DNA from: Dictyostelium discoideum | Lineage: Eukaryota | Length of the DNA stretch: 64,000 bases | Assembly (NCBI GenBank): GCA_000004695.1 | Contig: CM000155.2 | Coordinates: 2,176,001-2,240,000 of the forward strand | Reading direction: 5' to 3' | Shown: in pieces, positions 50,703 through 64,000 of the stretch | Layout: every line of letters begins with the position of its first letter | Position numbering within the stretch: the stretch's first letter is position 1 | The notes under the pieces: model-generated | What the model was told of the DNA's origin: nothing | Databases searched by the model: none | The model's input: the letters and a program-made list of their open reading frames with translations, nothing else | Position numbers and translations under genes: made by a program

Positions 50703-50812
50703 ACTTACCTTTTGATCCTTATAATGAAATAAAAAGCTTTTTTTTGATCACCTTCCATAGCTATACAAAGATTAGAAAATATATTTCATCCTGGATCATA
50801 ACGATCCTTTTT
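50703..50812 (+). ncRNA. candidate U1 snRNA gene
   Basis: The 5' end ACTTACCT is complementary to the 5' splice site AG|GTAAGT. It is followed by a GATCA-containing stem-loop region (TTTGATCACCTTCC, compare U1 SL1 GAUCAC). There is an AU-rich Sm-like stretch (AAUAUAUUUCAU), a terminal hairpin GGATCataacGATCC (50793-50807) and a T-run. It lies in a 150-bp GC-enriched island with no ORF. Confidence 0.35.
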
Positions 50813-51621
50813 AAACTCCCATTCAATTATTTCCTTAAAAAAAAAAAAAAAATAAAAAAAAAAAAAATTAAAAAAAAGAAATCATTTAAAAATAAATTTT
50901 TTTCAAATGGGGTTTTGTTTTAAAAAAAAAAAAAGTATAAAAAAAAAAAAAAAAATTTTAAAAATGGTTTTTTTTTTTTAATTTTCATTGTTTTTTTTTT
51001 TTTTTTTAATAAATTTTCATTTTCTGTTTTTTCTTTTGTATTTTAATTCATTTGAATCTAATATCGAAAACTAATCCAGTACCAAAAAATTTTATTTTTT
51101 AGTAACTTTTCCATCAAATAGAACACCCAAAAACGCACAAAATGATATGAAATATAAAAAAAATGAATTGTATTCATTTTTTTGAATTTTTTTTTTTTTT
51201 TTTAAATTCTATTTTTTTAAAAATATATTCCTCAAATAAAAAAACAATCACAAAAAGTGAAATTAGATTCTAAAAATTTATTTAAAAAAAAAAAAAACCA
51301 AAATTGATTTGATTTAAAATTTGAATGTTTATCAAAATTTTTTTACTAAAAAATAATAATAATAAAAATAATATTAATAATAATATTAATAATAAACTTG
51401 TTTTTTAATTGAGTGACAACTTAATATGGTTTGTTTTTTTATAAAAATTCAAAAAATTGATACACGCGCTCCCAAAATAAAAACAATTACAAAAAATGAA
51501 TGGTAAGTAATTTAATTTTAAAAAAATGATTAAAAAAAAAAAAAAAGACAATGTTTTTTTTTTTTATTTTTCTAAGTGTTAAATTTGTATGTTTCTATTA
51601 ATAAATAATTTATTTGATTTT

Positions 51622-51654
<33 letters not shown>

Positions 51655-51994
51655 GATCATAAATTCCAATTTCTTTTAACTAGTTAACAAAATAGGAAAA
51701 AAAATTTTAAAAAAAATAAAAATAAAAATCAAAAAAATAAAAATAAAATAAAAAAATAAAATAAATAAAAAAAAAAAATAATTTAAAAAAAAAAAAATAA
51801 AAATTGAAAAAAAAAAAAAATTTCGAGACTTTCATACCTGGTCTTTTACAAAAATACATATATTCAATCTATGGAGTAATAATACAAATAATACAAATAA
51901 TACAAATAATATTAATCATAATAATAAATATAATAATATTAAATAATATTAATAATATAACATTAAATAGTAATAATAAATAAATAAATAAATA

Positions 51995-52037
<43 letters not shown>

Positions 52038-52052
52038 ATATATACATACAAA

Positions 52053-52168
52053 ATGAAATTAAAACAAGTATTCCTTTGGGTTAATGTTTTTATTTTTGTT
52101 ATCTCATTACTTTTAACTGTTTTTTTCTTTGATAAAATATGGGCTTTTGATGTAAGTTTTTATAATTA

Positions 52169-52216
<48 letters not shown>

Positions 52217-52936
52217 ACTATTTATAAATTTCTTTATTAATAATAATAAAAAAAGAGAGATTTACAAAATGAATTTAAAAAAGGTCAATGTGAAATCACA
52301 TCAATATTAGTATCAGAGAAAATAACATTTTGGCCATGTAATACAGAGAATAATAATTTATGGTGGTTTTCATATTATAAGGATAACTTTATAAAGGAAG
52401 TAGTTATGAAAGGTACCGATCCAAAAATGAATTCTGATGTCGATTCAGAGACAGATGTAAACTTTCAAAAATGTTATCATGGTATCATTAGTGTCAATTT
52501 TAACTTTTCCGACCCATTAAATAATGGTCAAATGGAATTAGCACATTCGAATATCTCTGGTCTATACTCACAAAATCAAACTTGGGTAAACGGTTATCTA
52601 ACACAATTTATAGAGAAACAACAAAAAGGATCTGGTATAATAGAATGTTATTACAAGCCATTGAATCCATACCAAGTACTACCATTCCTACCTGAAATTA
52701 GTAACCTTGGTTTAATTTGGGGTTCAATCTTTTTAGCATCAACTTGTATCTCCTTTATTTTAATCATTGTTTTCTTTTTATATCGTCATAAATATAGAAA
52801 AGATAAATATCAAATTTTCTTAAATAATAGTAGTAATAGTAGTTTAAATAATAGTGGTATTAGAAAAAGTATTGGTGGTAGTATGTCAAGTAGTAGTACT
52901 GGTAAAATTAGTACCGCTGGTATTGTTTCATTATCA

Positions 52937-52972
<36 letters not shown>

Positions 52973-53335
52973 GATAGTGGTGCAAGTGGTAGTGGTAAAA
53001 ATAATTCACCAGCATTATCATCAACATCATCATCAAAAAATAAACATGTAATTGAATCAACATTAGAATTCTCTGATTTTTCATTTAATTTACAACAAGT
53101 TGCAAATCAAAAACCACAAAAATCTGCATTAAAACAACCAATAAATCCAAATTCTGTAAACTCTTCTCCCTTTTCTTCCTCTCCTTCATCCTCTTCAAAA
53201 AAGAAACATAAAATAATTGATAATGATCCTTCTGATTCATTAGATCAATTAAACTCATCAGGAAGTGGTAATAGTAGTAATAGTAGTAATAGTAGTAATA
53301 GTAGTAATAGTAGTAATAGTAATATTAATTCACCA

Positions 53336-53406
<71 letters not shown>

Positions 53407-53410
53407 CTAA
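52053..53410 (+). CDS. type-I/signal-anchored membrane protein with Cys-containing ectodomain and Ser/Asn-rich cytosolic tail
   Basis: join(52053..52151,52256..53410). Exon 1 MKLKQVFLWVNVFIFVISLLLTVFFFDKIWAFD|GTAAGT. Exon 2 RDLQNEFKKGQCEITS..WPCNTENNNLWWFSYY... A TM segment LGLIWGSIFLASTCISFILIIVFFLY is followed by a poly-S/N tail. No family assigned. Confidence 0.55.
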
Positions 53411-53612
53411 AAAAAACAATAAAAACAAAATATGTATTTTATTTAATTGTAAAATATAAATAAATAAAAAAGGTATTTCCAAGACACCTGAAAAAGGGGG
53501 TTTTAAATATAAAAATAGAAAATTTTTATTATTTATTTATTTCTTTTTTTTCTTTTATTTAAAATTATTAATTATTAATTATTAATTATTATTTGTTATT
53601 ATTTATTATTAT

Positions 53613-53977
53613 TTAATTTGTTTTCTTTTTAATTGAAGATTTCTTCTTGTATGCTTTTACAAAGAATTGAATGAATAAACCAAGGAATGATAAAATTACG
53701 AAATCACTAAAAGCTGAAGTTGCCCAAGTACCAGAACAATAATTTGAGTTGTGATTACCTTGAGTATCATAAAAATGCCATGCTAAATGTGAACTCATAT
53801 CAACTATGAATTGTATGATTTGACAAGTTGTAATATGTTTTTTCCACCATGGATTAATTCCACGTTCAGTTTGGAAATAATAAAAGTACATAACAATATG
53901 AACGAAACAATTTGCTGAAATATCTACCCATTGACAGCCTAATATAATTAAAATTAAGGTATTAATATGCATATAAC

Positions 53978-54019
<42 letters not shown>

Positions 54020-54638
54020 GTATTGATATACTTTACCAGTATCATATTTAAGGTTTGCCCAAACAAGCCATAATGTAATGAAATGATGCCATACATGTAA
54101 AAATAATAAACTTTTCTAAAAGATTTTAAAAATAAAAAAAAAAAATGTGGGAAATATTAATATGGGTACCCATCATTTGATTTTTTTAAATTTTTAAATT
54201 TTTAAATTTTTAAATTTTTTTACTAACCTTTCTTAAAACTTGAATTATTGTATCAATAAATTCATAAACTTTACTAAGATAGAAAATGTAATAACTGAAT
54301 TGAACTAAACCACTATCAATTGGTTTACAAATTATATTGTATAAACCATGTGGGAATGAATATTTTGCCATTGGAATTACAATACCTAAAAACATTAATA
54401 ATGATAATAAACATAAGAATAAATTATGAAACATCGCAAATCCATGTAATTTAATTTCTTTTTTATTTTTCATAAAAATTTGTAATCCATAAATTAATGC
54501 CAAATAACCAAATGAACATACTATTGGGAAGAGAATATTTGAAAATGGTGTAACTTCATTCTTCCATCTAAATCTGTCAATTGTTCCAATTGGATCTTTT
54601 GAAAATTCTTGAAAATTAATATCATGAATATGTTCCAT
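53613..54638 (-). CDS. ELO-family fatty-acid elongase (ELOVL-like)
   Basis: complement(join(53613..53938,54037..54115,54228..54638)). The middle micro-exon KSLLFLHVWHHFITLWLVWANLKYDT supplies the HxxHH histidine box. Exon 3 has NCFVHIVMYFYY and WWKKHITTCQIIQF, with a C-terminal KKxx-like KKKTN. Donors are AAG|GTTAGT and G|GTAAAG. Confidence 0.85.
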
Positions 54639-55121
54639 TTTATTTTATTATTATTATTTTTTTATTTTTATATTTTTATTTTTATATTTTTATTTTTATA
54701 TTTTTATTTTTATATTTTTATTTTCAAATTAATTCAATTCTTTGATGATCTATTTATAAATTAAAAAAAAAAAAAAAAAAAAACAAAATTTAATTTATTA
54801 TTATTATTATTATTATATATATATATATACTACTACTATTTATTATAAAATTATTATTTTTTATTTTTTTTATTTTTATTTTAATTTTCGCAGTTTGTGT
54901 GTGTGTGTTTTGAACAACCTGAATGAAAAACGATAACAATGAAAAGGTGCCAAAAAAAAAAAAAAAAATAAAATAAAAATTTTTCGAAAACGAATAAAAT
55001 TTTTAAAAAAAGAATTTCTAGTTAATGTTGTGAAAAAAAAATAAAAAAATAAAATTAAAAAAAACCTTTGGGTTTTAATTATTTAAAATTTTTTTTTTTT
55101 TTTTAATTTAAGAAAATGAAA

Positions 55122-55156
<35 letters not shown>

Positions 55157-55841
55157 AGAGTTTAGGCCCAAAAAAAAAAAAATAAAAAAAAAAAAAAAAA
55201 AAAAAATAAAAATAAATTGAAATTAACGAAAAAAAAAAAAATCATACTGGCGTTTTTATTTCGGTTCCTTTGTGTTTGTATTAGTGAAAATAAAAAACTT
55301 TTAAAAGGGTATGCCCTCCAAACACATGTGAAAACAAAAAAAAAAAAAAAGATAAAATAATAAATAAAGATAAATCATTATAAATTTAATTATGGTTTGT
55401 GTAAACAAATCTGTGATTTCATATAAAATATTCTAAATGGCCATTCAATACTTTTTTTTTTTTTTTATGAATTCAAATTGGTTGGATTCCAGGATATGGA
55501 GTCATAAATATTATTTTATATTATTTTCTGTATTATTTTTATTATTATTATTATTATTTTATTTTTTTTTTTTCTCGATCATTTATAAATGTAAAAAAAA
55601 AAAAAAAATAAAAAAAATAATATAATAATAAAAAAAAAAAAAAAATATCTGTTAAAAGTTTTTGAAAAATCATTTATTTCATTGCCACACAAAAAATCAA
55701 AAAAAAAAAAGAGAATAATAAAAAATAAATAAAAGAGATTAAATCTTAATATTTTTATTTTCACTAATTTTTGGAAATAATATTTTTTTTTTTAAAATTT
55801 TTTTATTTTTTAATTTTTTTTTAATTATAGTTAATATATCC

Positions 55842-55925
<84 letters not shown>

Positions 55926-56139
55926 TTTTTTTTGTTTTTTGTTCTTGTTTTACTAATTAATTTTTTTTCCCGAAGAAGATGAAAATATACCATAATTTTA
56001 CAAGCAATTCTTTTAATTTATTTTTTTAATTTTTCAAATCATTATTTTTTTTATTTTTTTTTATTTTTTTTATTTTTTTATTTTTTTTATTTTTTTTTTT
56101 TATTTTTTCACCACACTAAATAAATAAATAAATAAAAAT

Positions 56140-56850
56140 ATGACTTCAAAATTAATTAATTTCATTACAATTGAAAAAGAAAGATTTGAAGATGAATGTG
56201 TTAAATTTATTAAAAATGTAATTACAGATTCAATTAATAGTAGAAATATTGCAACCATTGGTTTGTCTGGTGGATCAACACCAAAGCCAATCTATGAAAT
56301 GTTAGGTAACGATTCATCAATAGATTGGACAAAAGTGTATTTCTTTGCAGTAGATGAGAGATACATTGATAAAAGTAGCAAAGATTCAATCTATGATTTA
56401 ATTAGTAAATCTGTTTTCAAGAATAGAGAGAATTTATTAGTCGACCATTTCATTACCCCAAATACCTCACTTCCTTTGAAAGAATGTATTGAAACCTATT
56501 CAAACGATTTAAAGAAATTAATTGAAAAATCAAATGGTTCACCAGATTTAGTTACATTAGGTATGGGTGAAGACGGTCATATAGCATCCATCTTTCCAAA
56601 TTCTCCAAAATCGCCACTCGATGAAACTGATTTAGTCTATCATACAACCACTGAACGTTTTGCAATCTTTGATCGTATCACTACCAACATTAACTTTTTA
56701 GCTTCCTCAAAAAATAAAGTCTTCTTTATGAGTGGTTCTTCAAAGAAAAAAGTTTGGGATGAAATGGAATCTTCTCAAATAAATGTTTCTAGATGGCCAG
56801 CTCATAAAATAATTTCATCTGGTAATACAAATGTATTTTATAGAGAATAA
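56140..56850 (+). CDS. 6-phosphogluconolactonase
   Basis: Single exon. IGLSGGSTP, FFAVDERY and LGMGEDGHIASIFP are the diagnostic 6PGL/glucosamine-6-P isomerase-fold motifs. Confidence 0.85.
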   Translation: MTSKLINFITIEKERFEDECVKFIKNVITDSINSRNIATIGLSGGSTPKPIYEMLGNDSSIDWTKVYFFAVDERYIDKSSKDSIYDLISKSVFKNRENLLVDHFITPNTSLPLKECIETYSNDLKKLIEKSNGSPDLVTLGMGEDGHIASIFPNSPKSPLDETDLVYHTTTERFAIFDRITTNINFLASSKNKVFFMSGSSKKKVWDEMESSQINVSRWPAHKIISSGNTNVFYRE

Positions 56851-57467
56851 TAAATTTTTTTTAAAAAAAAAAATAAAATAAAATAATTATATAATTTAAT
56901 ATAGATATGCAATAGAAATGAGTTTTTTTTTTTTTTTATTCTTTTTTTTTTTTCTTTTTTAAATTTTCTGTTTTTTCTGGCCAACCAATCAATCAAAATA
57001 AAAAAAAAAATAAAAAAACAGAAATAATTACTAAATAATGCTAATTTTTAATCCGACGAAGTGTCTTTTATTTTTTTATTTTTTATTTTTTTTTATTTTT
57101 TATTTTTTTTTTTAAATTCGAAGACTAATTTGATCGAGATTGTAAATACAACCATTTGATATTTTATTATTGTTTTTTTTTTATTTTTTTTTTTTTATTT
57201 TTTGTTTTTTTTTTATTTTTTGTTTTTTTTTTAAAAATAGGTTTTTTTTGTTTAGAAAAAAAAAAATAAAAAAAGTTGAAAATAATAAAATTTGAATTTT
57301 TTGACATTTTTTTTTACCAGTATTAGTCATTTCTCTGTTTTATCCTGTTTGATTGCAAAGTTTTGTTTGAGAATTTGGAGTATTTTCCTTTTAGTTTTTT
57401 TTTTGCACATATTATTAATTTTTTTTATAATAATCTAACCAAGACACTTAACTTTTTATTAATATTA

Positions 57468-57541
<74 letters not shown>

Positions 57542-57830
57542 CCCATCCATAGTGAAAAAATAGTAGTAGCATTATTTAGAAAATATTAATTAGTTATCGT
57601 ATTATTATAATTATCAATAGCAATAATTTTTTTTTTTTTTAAAAAATTTTATATATATATATTATTTTGCATGATAAAAAATACAATAACTCTTTTTTTT
57701 TATTTTTTTTTAAACTTTAAAATATTCTAAGTTTGGTCAAAATTAAAAAAAAAAAAAAAAAAATAAAATAAAATAAAATAAATAATAATAACAAATAAAA
57801 AATAAAAAAATAAAATTTTTTTAATAATAA

Positions 57831-57865
<35 letters not shown>

Positions 57866-57949
57866 TAAATAATAAACATATATATATATATACACACAAA
57901 TAAAATTTTATTTATTTTTTTTTTATTTATTTTTTTTTTTTCTTAAGGA

Positions 57950-59576
57950 ATGTCAGTAAAAAGTAATTCAGGTGTTAGTGTTTCAGGTAGAAGTGCAATT
58001 TCATCATCTTCAACAACAAAAGTTTTAATAAATAATGGTAAAAGAGGCAGTGATTCAAGTAGTGTTGAATCATATGGTTCAGAGAGTGATAATGATTTAT
58101 TAAGAAAGAATTTAAGATTAGAAGAGTCTATACTCTATTGTGAAAAATGTGATTTTAAAAATGGTGGTTCCTTTAAATCAAATTATAATATGTTTGGTAT
58201 TACCCAAACAGCAGTTGTATTTTTCGGTTCATTCTCTGTAAAGAAAAAAAGAAAAATAGTACCATTTAAAAATATTTCAAATGTCGAATGGTTACAAGAC
58301 GATAGTGTTAGAATTGAATTACCAATTGAAAAAGGTAAATTTAAATATTATCATATAAATTTTAAAAAATCTCATAAAGGTTCTCCATTTAGATTAATTG
58401 AATCAAGATGGAAATCTGCAAATATTGATGTAAGTTTTTATAATTAAATAATAATAAATAATAAATAATAAATAAAAAATAAAAAATAAATTATAAATTT
58501 CTAAAAGTTTATTTTTTTTTTATATTTTATTTTTTTATTTTTTTATTTTATTTAATTAGCCATCTAGAAAATTGTCAACTGGTGAAGAATTGTACAGAAA
58601 TCCATCAACATCAAATTTATTAAGACATTTTCAAACTATACCAAGGGATGAAAGATTAGAATTATCATATAGATGTAGAATAAAGGGAGTTGATCAAAAT
58701 TATGGTGTAATGTTTGTAACACAAACTCGTATATTATTCCTTTCAATTGATACTATATTCAAAAGTGAAGAGATCAAATTTGAAAGAATTTTATCAATTG
58801 ATGAACCATTACCAACAAAAGGAAAATTAAAGAAATCAATTTTAATCACTATTGGAAAAGGTTTAGTTTACTGTTTCTCTTCATTTGAATCTAAAGAGGA
58901 GTCATATGACCAAATTAAATACTCTTGGGAAACTTTTAAAAAAATTGAACAAAATGATCAATTACAAAATAAACCAACTCATAGTAGTTATAATAGTAAT
59001 CATTTACAAGAATTACAATTTAAAAAACAACAACAACAATTATTATTAGAACAACAAAAACAACAACAACATCAACATCTTATTCCAAATCCTTTATCAG
59101 GTTCACAAGGTATTCCACCACCAAATATTCAATTATCCACAGATTCAAATCCATTAGGTTATTCACAAAGTTTACAAAATAAATCAATTACATATACAAC
59201 AACATCAACAAATCAACAACCAAGCACCTCTTCATCAGCATCCTCAACATATGGTAGTAATGGTTCATTAGATAGTAATAATAATAATGAATATGAATTA
59301 TTACAAATTCAATCTCAACAATCAGATCAACAACCATCCTCTGCTTCCCCACATAAATTAAATGTCAATGATGAAATTGTTTTAAATGGTTTTAGTAGTG
59401 TTTGTTTGCCAGTTGGAGGTGGAGGAGCAGGAGCATCTCAAAATCTTTATAGAAAAGTTAATGGAAATGAATCCTATAGTGATAGAGCAAACAAAATTTT
59501 CAACAAAGAACCAGAAGGTATAATCAAACAAAAAATTATGAAAATTAAAAATCGTGGTTGTTGTTTTTTCTTTTGA
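57950..59576 (+). CDS. double GRAM/PH-like domain protein, paralog 1 (C-terminal CCFFF)
   Basis: join(57950..58429,58560..59576). A first PH-GRAM-like module (ILYCEKCDFKNGGSFKSNYNMFGITQTAVVFFGSFSV...) is followed by a canonical GRAM (FQTIPRDERLELSYRCRIKG...NYGVMFVTQTRILFLSIDTIFKSEEIKFERI). The phase-0 intron DV|PS lies at the same place as in paralog 2. The tail is Q/S-rich and ends CCFFF (CaaX-like). Confidence 0.75.
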
Positions 59577-59796
59577 TTCAAATCAATTAAATTTAATTTT
59601 ATTAATTATTATTTAATTATTATTATTATTGTTAAATTAAAATTATTTAAAAAAAAAAAAAAAAAAAAAAATAATAAGAAATTCTTAATAACAACAACAA
59701 CAATAATAATAATAATTGAATAATAATATTTTAAAAAATATATATATTTATAAAAAAAAAAAAAAAAAAAAAATACAATATTATGTAATTAATTAT

Positions 59797-59839
<43 letters not shown>

Positions 59840-60385
59840 TTTAAAGAATAAAGATTGTTTAGAAAAAAAAAAATTGGGTTTTCATCATTTAAAAATTTTT
59901 TATTTTAGTTTATGCTTCACCTCTTGTTAAGATACATTCAAATAATAATTTAAGGGAAATCTAGATTTCCTGAAAATTAACCCAGACATAACATCGCGAA
60001 TATATTCGAAAAAAAAAAAAAAAAAAAAACGCATGATGGCAATATTATTCATTGAAAATTATTAAACGAATTTTAATTTATTTTTTTTTTTTTTTATTTT
60101 TTATTTTTTTTTTTTAAATTAAAAGTATTTTTTTTTTTTTTTTTTTTTATTATTTTTAAACTAAAAATTACTTTCATACACATAATAATTATATTTCAAT
60201 TTTTAATAATTTTTTTTTTTTTTTTTTTCTGAACCAAAGCTGGATTTTTAATATAATAATATTTAAATAAAAATAAATAAATAAATAAATTAATAAACAA
60301 ACAAATAAATAAATATAAATAAATAAATATTTAAATATAAATAAATAAATAAATAAATAATTAAATAAATAAAATAAATAAAAAA

Positions 60386-61563
60386 ATGGGAAGAAGTAGA
60401 AGAGGTAGTGTATCATCAAGTGCTAGTGAAAGTGCAAGTAGTTCAAGATCTGATATGTCAAGTTCAGAATCTGATAATGACCAATTAAAAAGACGTATGA
60501 AAATTGATGAACCAATTATATATTGTGAAGAGTGTAAATTAAAGACAGGATCAAAGTTTAATTTACGTTATAATACATTTGGTATCACTAATAATTCAAT
60601 AGTATTTTATGGATCATTCTCTGTTAAAAAGAAGAGAAAGATTATACCATTGAAATCAATTAAAGAGGTTGAATGGTGTGAAGATGATAGTGTAAAATTA
60701 ATCGTTCCAAGAGAACATAAAGATAAACCAAAAACATATCATATTCATTTTAAAAAATCTCATAAAGGTTCACCTTTTAGATTAATCGAATCAAGATTAA
60801 ATGCTTCTAAATTTGATGTATGTAAAATTATTATTATTATTCTTTTTATTATTTTTATTTTTCTCTTTTAATTAATTTTTTATTTTTATTTATTTATTTA
60901 TTTAATTAGCCATCAAATAGATTAACATCAGGTGAAGAATTATATAAAAATCCATCAACAGCAAATTTATTAAAACATTTCCAAAAATTACCTAGAGATG
61001 AAAGATTAGAACATTCATATAGATGCCGTATCAAAGGTCAATTGGAACAAAACTATGGCGTTATGTTTATAACTCAAACTCGTATATTATTTTTATCAAT
61101 AGATACAACATTTAAAAGTGAAGAAATTAAATTAGAAAACGTTTTAGATATTAGTGAATCATTACCAAAGAAAGGTAAATTAAAGAAATCAATTCTAATT
61201 GATATGGGAAAAAATCAAATCTATTGTTTCTCTTCCTTTGATAATAAAGAAGAGACTTTAGAAAATTTAAAAAGATCTTTAGATTCATTTAAAAAACAAC
61301 AAGTTTTACAGCAACAACAACAAAGAGTTCAAAGATCAACTTCACCATCTTCACCTTCTTCAACTACAACAACTACTACTACACCAAATCAAACAACACC
61401 AACTCAAACTCCAACTACTCCAAAGGTTACATATTTGAATGAAACACCTTTACCACATGGCTCAAAAACTGCCACATGGACGAGCGTTGGTTCTCCTCAA
61501 CCAGTAACATCCTCTCCTTTAACTCCATTACCTAATACTACTAATAATAACAATAACAATAAC

Positions 61564-61605
<42 letters not shown>

Positions 61606-61803
61606 TTACAAACAAAACCAACTACTACAACAACCACTAGACCACCATCTACACCATTATTACCAGAAAAAAAAGCTGAAAACTATGGGGATAGAGCAAA
61701 TAAACTCTTTCCAAAAGAAACTCCAACTGAATTAAAACAAAATGAAGAGATTAAAAATAAAACTACAGTTGATAAATCAAGAAGGTGTTGTTCACTTTGG
61801 TAA
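60386..61803 (+). CDS. double GRAM/PH-like domain protein, paralog 2 (C-terminal CCSLW)
   Basis: join(60386..60817,60910..61803). It is collinear with paralog 1 (IIYCEECKLKTGSKFNLRYNTFGITNNSIVFYGSFSV...; FQKLPRDERLEHSYRCRIKGQLEQNYGVMFITQTRILFLSID). The intron acceptor context ttatttaattag|CCATC is identical. Confidence 0.75.
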
Positions 61804-62006
61804 TAGAATTTTAACATATATATTTATTTTAGCAATCGTCTCAATTAATACTATAAAAACAAATAAAGTTTTAATATATAAAAATGGTATTAAAAAAATT
61901 AAAAAAATTAAAAAAAAAAAAGTTTATTCTCTAAATAAAATTTTAAAATATATACAAATAGTTTTATTAAAGTACAAAGGTTTTCTTTTCTTTTTTTTTT
62001 CTTTTC

Positions 62007-63863
<1,857 letters not shown>

Positions 63864-63917
63864 TATTTATTTATATATTTTATAATTTCTATTTTTTTAT
63901 TTTATTTCTTACTATTT

Positions 63918-63952
<35 letters not shown>

Positions 63953-64000
63953 AAAATATTGCTATGAATCTGTTTATCTTTAAATTTATAACAGAGGATT

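Noticed and set aside
51497-51510. ATGAATG|GTAAGTAAT, which looks like a micro first exon with a consensus donor
   Set aside because: No downstream acceptor/ORF partner was found in frame. The next gene (52053) already starts with its own signal peptide. It is probably chance in AT-rich DNA.

Overview
This is AT-rich (roughly 20-25% GC) eukaryotic nuclear DNA that looks like a dictyostelid social amoeba, most likely Dictyostelium discoideum. The grounds are homopolymer A/T intergenic regions, (AAT)n/(CAA)n tracts encoding poly-Asn/Gln, short AT-rich introns with GTAAGT...AG boundaries, and a tRNA followed by an 'extra B-box'. The window is gene-dense, with about 30 protein-coding genes on both strands, mostly with 0-4 short introns. 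Recognisable genes include oligopeptidase B, a Rac-like GTPase, Hep1/Zim17, Got1, Pex13, CCT-beta, NIP30/FAM192A, API5, WASH1, a dual-specificity phosphatase, Vti1, mito-ribosomal S9, an APC-type permease, a DeSI/PPPDE peptidase with a PUL-like tail, a P4H-like 2OG oxygenase plus a decayed tandem copy, two tandem Dabb genes, a mu-crystallin/OCD reductase, an ELO elongase, 6-phosphogluconolactonase, two tandem double-GRAM paralogs and a SWIM-finger protein. One intron-containing tRNA-Tyr and a candidate U1 snRNA gene are also present. No transposon, CRISPR array or rRNA was seen. The most unusual locus is the 1167-aa ORF at 20528-24031. It fuses a long disordered S/T/P-rich N-terminus, a cryptic Macro-like (ADP-ribose-binding-like) domain and a C-terminal SIR2 domain of the prokaryotic ThsA/SIR2_2/FAM118 type, which is the architecture of a sensor-plus-NADase immune effector. 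All splice junctions were derived by eye from the sequence and homolog alignment, so exon coordinates may be off by a few nucleotides. The supplied ORF track treats GTG/TTG as starts, so some of its 'M' residues are not real initiators.
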